Assembly: GCA_047967505.1 (NCBI GenBank)
Contig: CM106538.1
DNA length: 64,000 bases
Origin: Dipteris shenzhenensis
Lineage: Eukaryota
Strand: one strand, 5' to 3'
The notes under the pieces were generated by a model that ran no database searches, was not told the origin of the DNA, and saw nothing but the letters and a program-made list of their open reading frames with translations. The first letter of the stretch is position 1. Every line of letters begins with the position of its first letter. A program made the translations under genes and the position numbers. Below, piece by piece: positions 51,817 to 64,000 of this stretch.

Positions 51817-52420
51817 GGGGGGGAGAGAGTTGAGGTGAGATCCAATGGAGGCACTTTAAGGTTTCACAAGCATAAATATTTAAAGATGGAAGGAGGTTCC
51901 ATAACTTGTTAAAGAAGACACCTAGTCTAAGGGAAGGACACTTGGACTACAACTCCTCGGAAACATATGAATGGCCAACATGGATGTTTTCATCGAAGCT
52001 ATGCTTATATATTAATATAAAATCTTGGCAAAAGTTTTTAAGCTCATTTTTTTAGTTTCACAATATTGGTAGAAAGTAGCACTTTTTTATTTGTTTTCTT
52101 TTGAATTTTGAAGGAAAAAATGTAAATCTTGGCGAAACTTTAAATTTAAATATGGCTTAGAGATTTGTCCAACAATCATCCTCCTATTTGTTTTCTAGGG
52201 CCTTACACATGGATGACCCAACTAGAAGCACTATACTCACTTTGAACCATTGGTTTATGAAAAATCGTTGGTGTAGTATAAAAGCTACTATTTGGTGTAG
52301 TATAAAAATGGTTGGTGTCGTATAAAAGCCACTATTTGAGGATCTCTCTTAAGGAATTAGAGTTTTGAATAGACTCCCATGGATATCTTCCCTCATAGCA
52401 ATTTTGTTTTCCACTCATGG
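50900..52420 (+). repeat. Diverged direct repeat of ~56250-58375
   Basis: Shared colinear blocks: caagcatagcaatgggcctcata, atgtccaactaccc, cattttgaagtaaa..tgtttaggatttctt, gaggaacacatgaaatgc, (GA)n, aagacacctagt and ctagggccttacacatggatgac. The second copy has an extra ~0.75 kb at ~57400-58170. Confidence 0.85.
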
Positions 52421-52439
52421 CCTAAGGCTATTACAAATA

Positions 52440-53110
52440 TCAATAAGTTTATGTGCATCACCATTGATGGCATGAATCACAATACAACAACTTGCCAAGG
52501 TACGAATGCACCCCACCTCCATTGGAGGGTAAACATGGAGCAATCACACACTTGTGTGGAGTATTAGTTCATGGATATCGACTCTCTTGTGATGTATATA
52601 TGGATAGCTTGGATGAACATGATAATAACCAAGTGGTAACATCTATCATGAAAGTGATATGAAAGGTCAAGGATGCATGTGAATGTTTACCTCGAAACTT
52701 CTATATATAGGTTGATAATTGCTAGAGAGAAAAGAAGAACATATAGATATTTTTTTTGTGCTCTATGTTGGTTGGTTGGAAAAACATTTGAAGAAGTGAA
52801 AGTTGGTTTTCTTCTTGTTAGACATACACATGAAGATATAGAATATTTAGTATTATCTCTAGAGAGTTGAGGTCAAGGGACCTTTTGAAAACAATGACAT
52901 GATACGTCGATTGGGAAAAAAGCATACATTCTCAAAAGGAAGAATCAAAAGTAGTTGTATTAGAGAGGATTGTAGATTGGAGAGCATTCATAGAGCCATA
53001 TTTAAAACAAGGAGATGATGCACTAATAGGGCACACATATCCACACTACTTTTCATTTATCAAGCATAACAACCTTGTAATGATGCAATGGAAGCACTAC
53101 TCAGTAGAGA
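52440..53110 (+). pseudogene. Degraded DNA-transposon transposase, DUF7869/Sola-like
   Basis: FMCITIDGMNHN; HDNNQVVTSI; a decayed LYI.VDNC.RE segment; FEEVKVGFLLVRHTHEDIE. This matches the recalled DNC.xENKN...FLxVGHTHEDID signature. Many stops and frameshifts. Confidence 0.65.
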
Positions 53111-54149
53111 TAGAGATCATTCATGCATAACAACACTCTAAAGATGCAATGGAAGCACTACTAAGTGGATAGAGCTCATTTATGCATAAAAACACTCGAG
53201 TGATGCAATGGATGCACTAATTAGTGGATAGACATCATTTATGGACTGCACCTTATGCTTTATTAAAACAAATAACTACCTTAGAGGAAACTCCATTCAT
53301 TCTCTCAAAAAGCAAAGAACTTGACATAGATGAAATGAAAGGCTTGCAAGCATTCATGATCATGTTAGGAGTATGATGCAAAAACACCCAGAGTAGTCTG
53401 ATAAAAACATGGAGATAATAATGACAAATTATCTCATCAAATATCTACAAAAACAAGAAAATTTAACGAGGAAAGAATACAAAATTTTATTTTTGCCTCA
53501 ACAAAATGAGTCAAGAGAATTTGAATTTGCTATATATACTATAGTTGAAGATATAGGAGAAGCTGAGCAATGCCTTTTACCTCATGCCCTTAGAAGAGTT
53601 TGTACCATCTTACAAAATCCAAGAGGGTCTTTTTGTTGTTGTATGGGCAATAGATTCAGAATCAGAGTTGGATGACCAAGGTGGCCAAATTTGGGTCACA
53701 AAGGGTGCTTAGATAGCAAGGGATGAAATGGGAATCCCTATCACATTCACATCTTTGTGGTAAGAACCAAAACCTTGGAAAAGTCTTCTACAAAAATATA
53801 CAATGAAACATGAGGGTTGTTTGCAAAAGAAACGTGAAGGGGTTCCAAATAAAGAGGGCTTGATTGAAGTGGAAGTGAGTTGCTAGCATCATACATTGTT
53901 GGAAATCAAGGACTCGAAGTCTTAAGAAAACCATGAGTATGATGTGGAAAAAAGTATCACCATCCCTAAAAGTAGCCTCACACATATTAAATATCATTTA
54001 CATAGACTTGATGCTTACATATACTAGAAAGAGATTCAAAAGCACAAGAGAAGATATACTATGTATCATTTTCAACAAATGGTTTATCTTCTATTTTGAT
54101 GTCAACAATTCTTGACTTATCATATTTACCTCAAGTAAATTTATTTACT

Positions 54150-54650
54150 ACTCAATTTATAATTAATGTTTAAGGAATTAAATAATACTTAATAAAAAAC
54201 TAGTTAATAATAAAAATTAGTTAATAATTAAATAAAAAGTAATTGAAATAAATGATTAAGGAATAAATTATTAATTAAGAAATTAATTAATAATTAACTA
54301 AAAAAATAGTTAGTAATACAAATTAGGTAGTGGTAAAATTAATTAATAATAAGTAATAGAAATTAATAATTAATAAATAAATTATTAATTAACAACTTAA
54401 TTATTAATTAAAAATTAATTAAGAATTTATTAGTTTAGAAAGTAATTATTAAATGATGCAAAAAAACAATTATTAAATTGTCATATGATTAATAATTAAG
54501 CAAAAAATTGGTTAGTAATATAAATTAACTAAGAGTTATTTAAAAAATAATTAGTAATTAATTAAGAAATTAATCAATAATTAATCAAAGAACATATGAC
54601 AAGAAATTAAGGAATAATCAATCAACAAGTTAACCAATAATTAAATTAAC
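54150..54650. repeat. Extremely AT-rich low-complexity tract
   Basis: About 500 bp of aattaattaataa-type repeats with very few G or C. Confidence 0.9.
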
Positions 54651-55189
54651 CACCTTATTGCACACTCCATATGCGGGGGAGGGGGGACATGTGGCACATA
54701 CCACATGTTCTACCCTCCCCCACATATCACGCATGCCACATGTGGAGAGCCCCTTGCTTGTTTTTCCATCAAAACTTTCATTTGGAATATCAAAATGTAG
54801 TCATGTATGTAGTCAAAACGATGGGAAAAGGGCCAATGAATTCATTTTTTATGTCAAATGTGCTAAATAATATAATAAAAAATATTTCTTCTTCCAACCC
54901 ATACCTTTATATCTACAGGCCACAATTGTGTGGAGTTGGGCATATGTAGTGTTACAAAAAACACCCATTTTTAACTATACTAGGTCAATATTAAGTGGAG
55001 GTGATTAATTTTGGGGAAAAGTCCAAAACAAGTGAAAAAGTTCAAAATTTCTAAATATAGTGTTTTGAGAGAGAGAGAGAGAGAGAGAGATGAAAAGGCT
55101 ATCGCTGTTTGGGATATGTTTGCACATGCTTTCGGCTTATGCATTAATCTACAAAAATCTTCTCTAATAAGTTGCACTTATATTCCTTA

Positions 55190-55900
55190 GGTGGAAGACC
55201 AACAAGCTTGATTAGATTGGACATTTAGAAAGCCTCAGGACATACTCTAGAGAAGGAGAAGTGTTGGGTCACTTAGAAGGCTATTTGATATGGCACACTT
55301 GGAAGAGCAGGGTATGGTGGAAGGAAGTACTTTTGTAGGATTGGTGCACTAATATTTCATATCAAGGGAAAGTGTTCATCTGGCATATGCTAGTGGGAGG
55401 TCTACCCATGGGAGGCCAATTGCAAAAGTGGCAGATTGCTCCTAGTAATTCTATGTTTCCTACTATTTGCTTGGAAAAGTTTTTGCACCTTTCATCTCAT
55501 GTCAAGTGGCAACGTAGGTATGAGATGTTATTTCTCGCTTATGGACTCCATCGATCATCCCTTATCATTAAAATACTGGATTCTTGGAAAGATTCTACAT
55601 GGGTTGGATAACCTAGATCATTCACTGTTCTTTCATTTTTTTAGATGGACAAGTTTGTGGCACATTTGTTTAACAAGGAAGGCATTCATACATGATGCAA
55701 CAGTTGGTCCTGAAGCTCACATAGGTGATATACAAGGGGTAATGCTATGACAAGTCTCTTCTTTAAAGTCAACCCATTTTGTAAAGAATGACATGGCTGT
55801 ATATTGGACAAGGGTAGTTCAAGGTACCACAATGGTTTAGATGAACTTGGAAGGGGAATCTTGGATATCACATGACAGCCATGTGACCACCTATAAGTTT
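55190..55900 (+). mobile_element. LINE (L1-type) ORF2 3' remnant, zf-RVT region
   Basis: WCTNISYQGKVFIWHMLVGGLPMGGQLQKW resembles the W....K...F.W......LP....L zf-RVT motif. Degraded, followed by (AG)n. Confidence 0.5.
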
Positions 55901-55921
55901 ACTTTTGGAAATATATCTCTG

Positions 55922-55979
<58 letters not shown>

Positions 55980-58169
55980 ATCCAAGCACTTGAATTTCTA
56001 GTCAGCTAGAACATGTGTAAGACAGAGACATGCATACAAATTGGGGATTACCTAGCCATTATACATGAACTCTAATGAGGTTGGCCCCCTAGAACACATT
56101 AAGATAGCACATGCATTAAACAAAAATATTTTTACTTTCTTAAGGAGTTAAATGAATTTTTTTTTTCAAAAATTTCAAAATTTACATGCAAAAGGTGTAC
56201 CTTAATCATCTCAAAATTTACAAGTGGGGTATATATAGGTTATAAAAGTTCATATAATGGGTCTTATGCAAGTTAAACACATAGGGAACATGTCCAAAAA
56301 TGTGAGGATAGGCTTTAAAAGTAGCTCAAGCATAGCAATGGGCCTCATATAATCATGTAGAGGGAATTTGTGAATTGCTTCTCAGCCTGTGATGAGTATG
56401 ACCCTCATCTCTACCATCATCATGATTATGAGTTGCCTTGTCTCACAAAAATTTGAGAACAAGTCTACTTAGTGACCTCTATGTGCACATGTCCAACTAC
56501 CCATTTTCAAAGCACAATCAAGCTTTGATCATCCACCACAATCAAGCTTTGATCATCCACCACAATCAAGCTTTATATAAATATTCTCTAGAGTGATCTT
56601 CTTGGACATGCAATGTGTAGTATGGCATGTAGCAATTTGAGTGAGATGAAGGGGTGGGATTAGAAGAGTCTAGCTGACTTTGAAGGGCACCTTGTAGCCT
56701 CACTGAGCACTTATACCACTAGCTCTACAAGTTGAGTCCTTTTGACATTTTTAGTATTGAGCATTTCTTGTTTGATATTATTTACTCTTAAGATTGCATA
56801 GACAATCCTAATTTTTAAATGTGCCAATGTAGAGTATGTATTCTAAAAAAATTTTATTTTCCATTTTGAAGTAAATATGTTTAGGATTTCTTTTAGTGCT
56901 CTCCTTTAAAAGAATACCACGTTTTGGATGTCTTGACTTATGTCATCAATATATTCAGTTGTTGATACATAATAGGGTACTGGCACAATATTAGAGGGGC
57001 TCATTCAAAATTTTAGACATCAAGAATGAATTAAAGAAAAAAATCTTGACATAACAGAGAGAAAAGAGGAGTAACATGTGAGGAACACATGAAATGCTAT
57101 GTGGCACCACAATCTTGCTTGAAACAGTGTACTAGAAGCACAAAAATACAACAAAGACAATGTATATAGATAGTACAAGAAATACTGTGACAGTGATAAA
57201 TGAGAGAGAGAGAGAGAGAGAGAGAACTAAGGCCCAAGATCCAAACTAAGCTCTCCAAGCTTTCACAAGCATAGAGACTTGAACATGCAAGGAGATGCAT
57301 AACTTTCCAAAAAAGACACCTAGTGCAAAGTAAGAACAACTTGGACTACACATTCTTGGAAATATATGAATGGATAAATGCAAAATACCACAACAAATCA
57401 TCTGCCATAGTACTATAAGGAAAGATAGAGTGTCTTAATAACTATTTTGGAGGTAATGAAAGTGGTAAACTATAGAAACTTTTTTTAATGAATTTTTCCT
57501 TTTGTACAAGTTCCAAACTTCAAATGGAAGAAGTACATCATTCTTATTGGATTCTGGAACATGAGGACTATTTCAACTATGATCCAATGACTCTAACCAT
57601 AGGTATAGGCCATTGTCTAGTGCGGAACTTCCTAGGGTGCTTGTTTTTTTACCTCCTCTTTTCCTCTTGTTGAGATGTCCTTAAAACTCCTAATCGTTAG
57701 TCCTTTTAAGTTAACTTGGATATCTCAAATAATAGGTTATTGAAGGCTCCTTTGTCAAAATTTGAAACGTGAGATTGGGTAATGTCTAATGCTTGGTTAC
57801 TTGCTTTGTCAATTGGCTCCCCATCTAGTTTGATGTGGTAATAGTATTGAGAGGAGGCCTAAGTGGACTATTTCTAGGAGGAGATGATGGTATACACATG
57901 CCATTCTTAGGATGAAAAGTGACTCACAATGCATCATTGATTCATGTTGGGGTTTGTTCCCAATGATTTTTCAAAATTGGTGCTTGTGGTGAAAATTGGC
58001 TCCTAATGACTTTCCAAACTTGGGTCTTTTGTGGTGAAAAGCAACTCACAATAACTCATTGATTCATGGTGGGGGTGTTCCCCATGGTGGTTCCCACCAA
58101 TTGTTTTCCAAACCTCATTGTAATTCAAACTTTCCTTAGATGTTTGTTCAACAATTATCCTCTTAACCT

Positions 58170-60420
58170 TGATCCCATCATTTCCTAGGGCCTTACACAT
58201 GGATGACACAACTAGAAGTATTTTATTCACTCTGAACCATTGGTTTATGAAAAATCCTTAGTGTAATGTAAAAGATACTAGATGAGACTATCTCTTAAGG
58301 ACTTAAAGATTTAAATAGACTCCCATGGATCTTTTCCCTTGTAAGAACAACTTTTTTTCAATCATGGCCTAAAGCCTTGCACATCCATTGCCCATGACTA
58401 CCTTTACCCACTTTGAACCTCTCATTTTTGAAAAAATGTTTGGTGTATTGTAAAAACTACTAAATGCGAATACATTTTCCATTGTTAAATAAGTGGACTC
58501 CCATAGTGATTTATCTTAGATGGACTCATGGCATATGACTTGTAAGATCCATGTCCAAATGAGATTGCTGTTAGTTACCCTAAACTATTCACTTTTTATA
58601 AATGATTAATGTAGTGTGAACATTGTGGAACAAGACAAAACTAGTTTTCAGAGGAAATTAAAGTGCAAAATGGACTCTGATTTCTCATAGGACCAACTTT
58701 GATCCCATCATTTCCTAGGACCTAATGCATCCATGGCCCAATTCAACTCGAGGCCCAATCATTCATGGAAATATACTTAGTGTAATATGAAAACTATAAA
58801 AAATGATAATTTTTATAGAATCTGAAGGGGAACTTTAACTTTCCTAATTATTTTTTAATGTATCAAGCTCGATCCCATGATAATTTTTATAGAAACTGAA
58901 GGGTAATTTTAACTTTCCTAATTATTTTTTAATGTATCAAGCTCGATCCCATTATTTCATAGGACTTGCAAATCCTTACCCAATTGGATTCTGTCTTTAT
59001 ACTCTAAACTATTCTTGTATGGAAAATTCTTTGTGTACTATAGAACCATTAAATGAGTATGGTTTTTAATAAAGTAAATTGAAAAATGAAATTCCATGGT
59101 GATCTTGTACCTTGCACCAATGCACTTAACTTTAGAGTTGTTTTACCCACTCTAATCATTCCATGTATGAAAAAAAATAAATTTATCTTGAAGTATAAAT
59201 GTTATAATTTCTTTGGAACTAGATGAGAAAATGAACTCCCATGCCAATTTGTCCTTGAAAAGACCTTTCTATTGTCATGAGATAAGGCCATGCATTTATA
59301 GAAAAGTGTTTGGTGTGATGTGAAAACTACTAAAGGAGAAAGCAAATAAATGTGGTAAAATAGACTCCAATGGTGATGTATACTTGTACACAATCATGTT
59401 CTAGTCTTTGCACATCCATGACTAGAATCCCTTTACTTACTCTAAACCATTAACTTATAAAAATTTGTTGTGTAGCGTTAAAATTGGTAAACGAGCTAAC
59501 TTTTATTAGAATTAAAGGTGAAAATGATCTACTGTGGATATTTGACCTTTCTAACATCTTAGCACATTGACAAAAGATTTCTACCATCTTAGTGTATCAC
59601 ACATCCATGTGCCAATGGGACCTTATTTATCCATTTCAAACTATTAATTCATAGAAAAACTCTTGGTGTAGTGTGAAAAATGCTTGGTATCCTATGAAAA
59701 GTATTATATGAGAATGTTTCATTGAAATTAAAGGGTAAGAGGGACTACCATGGTGATCTAGGCTTAGCCCAACATTTCTCCTATCAAGGCCTAGTACTTT
59801 GCACATCCATTGAACAATTGGACTCTTTTACCCCCCTTATTATGAGGAAATACTTGGTATAGCATGAAGGCTACTAAATGCAAATAATTTCATAAGAACT
59901 AAATAGTGAACTTGCCTCGTGTAGTCATTTGGCCTTGCACTAACCTTGATCCTATAATTTGATAGGAACATTTTTTTCAAATCATGAACATCAATGAGAC
60001 ACAAATGGACTTCCTTTACTTTAACCCATTCACTTATTAAAAAATCTTGCCATAGTGTTCAAAGTTTTCAATTAGACCTTTTATAGATGAATTAAATGAT
60101 AAAATGGACTCCTATGGTGATTTTTCCTTACATGAACTTGATCCCATAATGGCCTTAGTCTTTTCACATGCACATGACCTTGCTACACTCCCTTCAAATC
60201 TAAATCATTCATTTACAAAAAAATGCTTGGTGTAGTATGGAGGTTGCAACATATTTGAATTCCATATCCTAATTAAACACCCTCTTCCTCTATAGACCAT
60301 TCATATATTAAATTTGTTTGATCTATGGGCAAAACTCTATAATGAGGTAAGTTTTATAGCAAATTTAAATGTAAATGGACACTTGTCATGATTTGGACAT
60401 GCACCAACCGTTCTTCTTTC
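58170..60420 (+). repeat. Degenerate tandem array, ~11-12 units with a typical period of ~170-200 bp
   Basis: Recurrent blocks tgatcccat, ttgcacatccat, tggtgtagtgtgaaaactactaaatg and tggactcccatggtgat. Anchor positions at ~58261, 58443, 58611, 58780, 59033, 59313, 59470, 59666, 59857, 60051 and 60230. Confidence 0.75.
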
Positions 60421-62399
60421 ATAAAGCTATCAATGTTCACATTGTGAGGATATTAAACATCTAAAGATAGGAATTGCATAGGTAGGTGTGAAGGTTGTCT
60501 TGATAAAAATGAAAAAAGAAAATTTTCTTTTGATACACGTACGTACAAGTTTGATCATAACATTTCACATTATAGAATGGATTTTAAAGCTATTTGTTGA
60601 CCCTATGTTAACAAGGATCTAACCATAGTCAAGAGCATCCAATATGTGTGTGGAGTAGGGACAAAGTTTCACTTGTAAGATCGTGAGATTGACAGACGTA
60701 TTGATGGATCTAATAGGGTAATGATATCCAAAATGCTTTCTAGAAAATATTTTATCACACTTGCAATATCAAGATCTATAGAGAGAGATACAAATCCACA
60801 TTTTTGTGTAAGAAAGAAAAATCATTACAGAGAGAAATCCCTCCAAGAGAGAAACCCTTACAAGAGAAGTGCTTACAAGAAAGGGAAGTCCTTACAAGAG
60901 AGAGATATCCTTACAAGAGAGAAATCGTTACAAAGGAGAATTTCCTTACTCTTTTGTGCTAGAAAGGGAAAAAACTAGCAATCTATTTAAGATGGAAACT
61001 CAAGAACATGTATAAACATCTCTTAATGCAAAGAAGCCTAGACTCTTTAGGGGTTCAATGTTCATTTCACATTCATGTTCTCAAACTCCTTGAGCCAATG
61101 CTCCCCCAACACTATCAACATGTGAAAGCATGCGCTCTCAACACTGTCAATATGTTTAGATAGCATGGTTTAACCTTGCAATCTCCCATTCTCATCCCTT
61201 CTCCTCCTCCTCCTCCTCCTCCTCCTCCTCCCTCCTTGTCCTCCTCGGCCTCCTCCCTTTTCTTGTACCTCCTCCTCATCTTCCTCACCCTGTTCAATCC
61301 TCCTCAAGCCTAAACCCCATGAATACATGACGAAGACTAGCTCTCCACTCCTCAACCCTATGACTCTTTCTCAACCTTGAATTCCTAGTTAGCTTTCTCA
61401 ACCATATCGTCCTTCTAACCCATGTACACCTTTCATAAACCTTGGAGCTCTAAGGGAGGTGACAACCTCCCCCAAACCTTATGATCAATGTCTTTTTTCC
61501 CTATGTGTGCACAAGGGTCACTTTCTATGCTTTAGCCTACACCTCCCACTAGTATATGACCCTAGTACCTATGCTACATTTGTGAACACCTATGCTACAA
61601 TGAGAAATGAAATAATTGTAGGTGGCTAACACCCTTGGAATTGGAAATGAGAGAAAATGTGACAACAATTAAGTGCCATTGTCAAGGAAGTAAATGCCTA
61701 AAGTGAAAGCAAATCACGCATTTTGTTCATGTGAGAAAGAACGTCCTTTAAAGACCATCAATAAAACATCTCTCAAGGAAAAGGAGTATGAGAATGCTTC
61801 CATTTTGGATAAATGAGGAGATTTTAAACTTAGTTAAATGCTTGGAAATGTTGACATGCAAAGATAAACTAACTAACCACAAAAATTAATCCTCTAAACG
61901 CTCACATTCTATAAAAGCATTACCCGTACCCTTAATCTTTTCCCATTCACCTTTGCAAATCCCTCTCCTTTTAAATATCCTTCACTTTTTTTCTATCTCC
62001 TCCACCACCCTCCCTCAATTCCCCCCCTCTACCACCACTTTTTCCATCCATCTCACCACCCTCCACATCCACTTTTTGTTCACCATCTCCACTCCCTCCA
62101 CTACAAATGTTCCACAACAAAAAGGGCTACAACCCATCCTAATCACAAATGGAATACTTTCAACACATGAAAAGAATCAAAACCAAGATATCCAAAGTAC
62201 ACTAGATACAAAGCTACATGCATCAACAAAGATAGATAAATCAATAATGGCATGTGTAATTAAAGGATGGAACACAATCAACCATACATTGCACAAAATG
62301 ATGGGGTTGCACTTTCACCAAATGCATATCCACATGTGGACTCAAGCTCAACTCTGTATACTAGTCCAGCTTGCCAACAATCCTATGGACTCAAGTAAA

Positions 62400-63159
62400 A
62401 GACTACTCCAAAAGGGTAGAGAAAGAGCCGAAAATGATAGAACACCCGTTTTTCTCACTCCTTCCAAGCAGATTTAGGTCGCAACTTCAGGAGGTGACTC
62501 TCTATACTCCAAAAAGGTGAGGAAAGAACTGAAAATGAGAGAACACCCATTTTTCTCACTCCTTCCAAGCAAATTTAGGTCGCAACTTTGGTTTCTAAGA
62601 GAGAGTGAAATAAGTAGAGAATGAATGAAAGAGAAGAGGGATGAACAGAGCTTGGATAGAAGTTTCTGTGAGAGATTTTTGAATGTGGAAGAAAAACATG
62701 AGCAAAGAGGAGAGAGAATGACTAAGCAAGAGTGGAAAGAAGATATTTTGAAACCAGTTACCAGAAAGTGGCGGGAATGATTGTTTGAAACATTTTGGAA
62801 GAGAGAGAATAGGCAGAGAACTAGTTAGGAAGTCAAAGTTTAGGCCAAATGGTTGAACCAAATGGAAAACATAAGCATAGTCCTAGCTAGGGGATAGTTT
62901 GCCATGGGAGGAAAACAAGGAGGCTGGACATGGTCAGGGCAGGCTTGCCAAAGATAATTTTTTATTGTGAACCACCAATGATGTTTTTTGGGGTATTTTG
63001 AATAAAAACTAAAATTTCTCGTAGATTTGGGGAACCTCTATTACAAAGAAGTCCACATGGCATAATCTCCTTCATAAAAACCATATTCCCTTATCCAATC
63101 CTCTAATATTTTAGTAATTCTCCAAAGGGCCCCTTTTTTAGTCCAAATTTTTTGTAATG
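62400..63159 (-). mobile_element. End of a CATTA-TIR element related to copy A
   Basis: The reverse complement of 63126-63159 is CATTACAAAAAATTTGGACTAAAAAAGGGGCCCT, 32/34 identical to 20029-20062. Internal 62410-62830 is homologous to 37560-37717 plus 43630-43830. Confidence 0.75.
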
Positions 63160-64000
63160 TTAGATCAAAATATTGTTAGCAATTAGACATTGCCAAATTG
63201 AAAGAAATCAATTGGTAAGACCTTTGCAACAAATCACAAATCAAAGCATGAATGCACACATTGCTATCATAAGCATGCCAAAAGCACAAGTGTATGAGAT
63301 GACCATAGCACAGAACATGGCATCCACACATAAAGCATTAAGGCACATGGAAGAACAGCATCAAGCTACATCAAGCAAAGAAGAAAATGCCATTGACATC
63401 AAGCATTGAGAAGCAAAACCCTTGCGACCTTCAGCCCACACATTTGTAAATCAAGCCTAGCAACCTGAGAGTAGCTATGAAAGCACTCAAGAGAGGTATT
63501 GACATGTAGAAACCACACTTGACCACCTTAAGTAGCAATGTATTCACTAAGGGGAGGTGATGGCTTTGTAACTCACATCTGACCACCTTGCCAAAGGATC
63601 ATGGCACCAAGGGGAGGTGTTGAGATGTGGTGCCATGAGCACATAGATTAAAGGCTAAGGTATGGTGTAGGAAAGAATTAAAGTAGCCACCCTAGTATGT
63701 GTACTACATGATGTGGAAATGTGGATTGAGGATATCCACAAGGAGAGATGTGGATCAAAGGATCACATAGATGTTGACTATTCAAAGGGCACTCTCTATA
63801 TAAGAGGCCCATCATGTATTGCTGAGTGTACACACACTTGTAATAGATTGAGTATTGCTTACTGTGTGTCTCTCTCATGGAGTTTCTTCTATGGTTTGAT
63901 CCTTCGTGATCTTTGTGCTCACTGAGCGATAGATTAGGCTAAGTACGATCCGCACTTTGTCACCAATGACCATGCTGGATAACTTAAATATCACCGAACA

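Noticed and set aside
58170-60420. CRISPR-like array
   Set aside because: Eukaryotic context, whole units are homologous and degenerate, and there is no repeat-spacer structure or cas gene.
63160-63409. Continuation of the Penelope-like RT beyond the 63159 TIR, which would make 20029-63159 a single insertion
   Set aside because: No recognisable RT continuation in any frame and no TSD.

Overview
A repeat-rich land-plant genomic window. A fern or other non-seed plant is my guess from gene structure and repeat style, and it is unverified. It holds two apparently intact host genes: a 3-exon CASP-like (CASPL5-type) gene at 8955-13750 and a 2-exon TPD1-like secreted Cys-rich gene with a hydrophobic C-tail at 48754-49361. 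Around them lie nested transposons. These are a structurally complete Ty1/copia element (37718-43629, with LTRs, PBS, PPT and TSD), an internally deleted sister copy (3392-6665), a second truncated copia family, and remnants of Ty3/gypsy, LINE, Penelope-like and DUF7869/Sola-like elements. The standout is a 5.7-kb DNA transposon (27156-32865) bounded by 31-bp CATTA-initiated terminal inverted repeats. It encodes (i) an intron-containing transposase whose motif order matches the RAG1 core/Transib family and (ii) its own histone H3-like gene: one 369-codon frame with a complete H3 histone fold behind a ~270-aa tail carrying three H3 N-tail-like KQT motifs. A diverged, truncated relative lies at 20029-25100 and another related end at 63126-63159. 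Both transposase copies and the H3-like gene are pseudogenised here. Family assignments come from recalled motifs, not from database searches.
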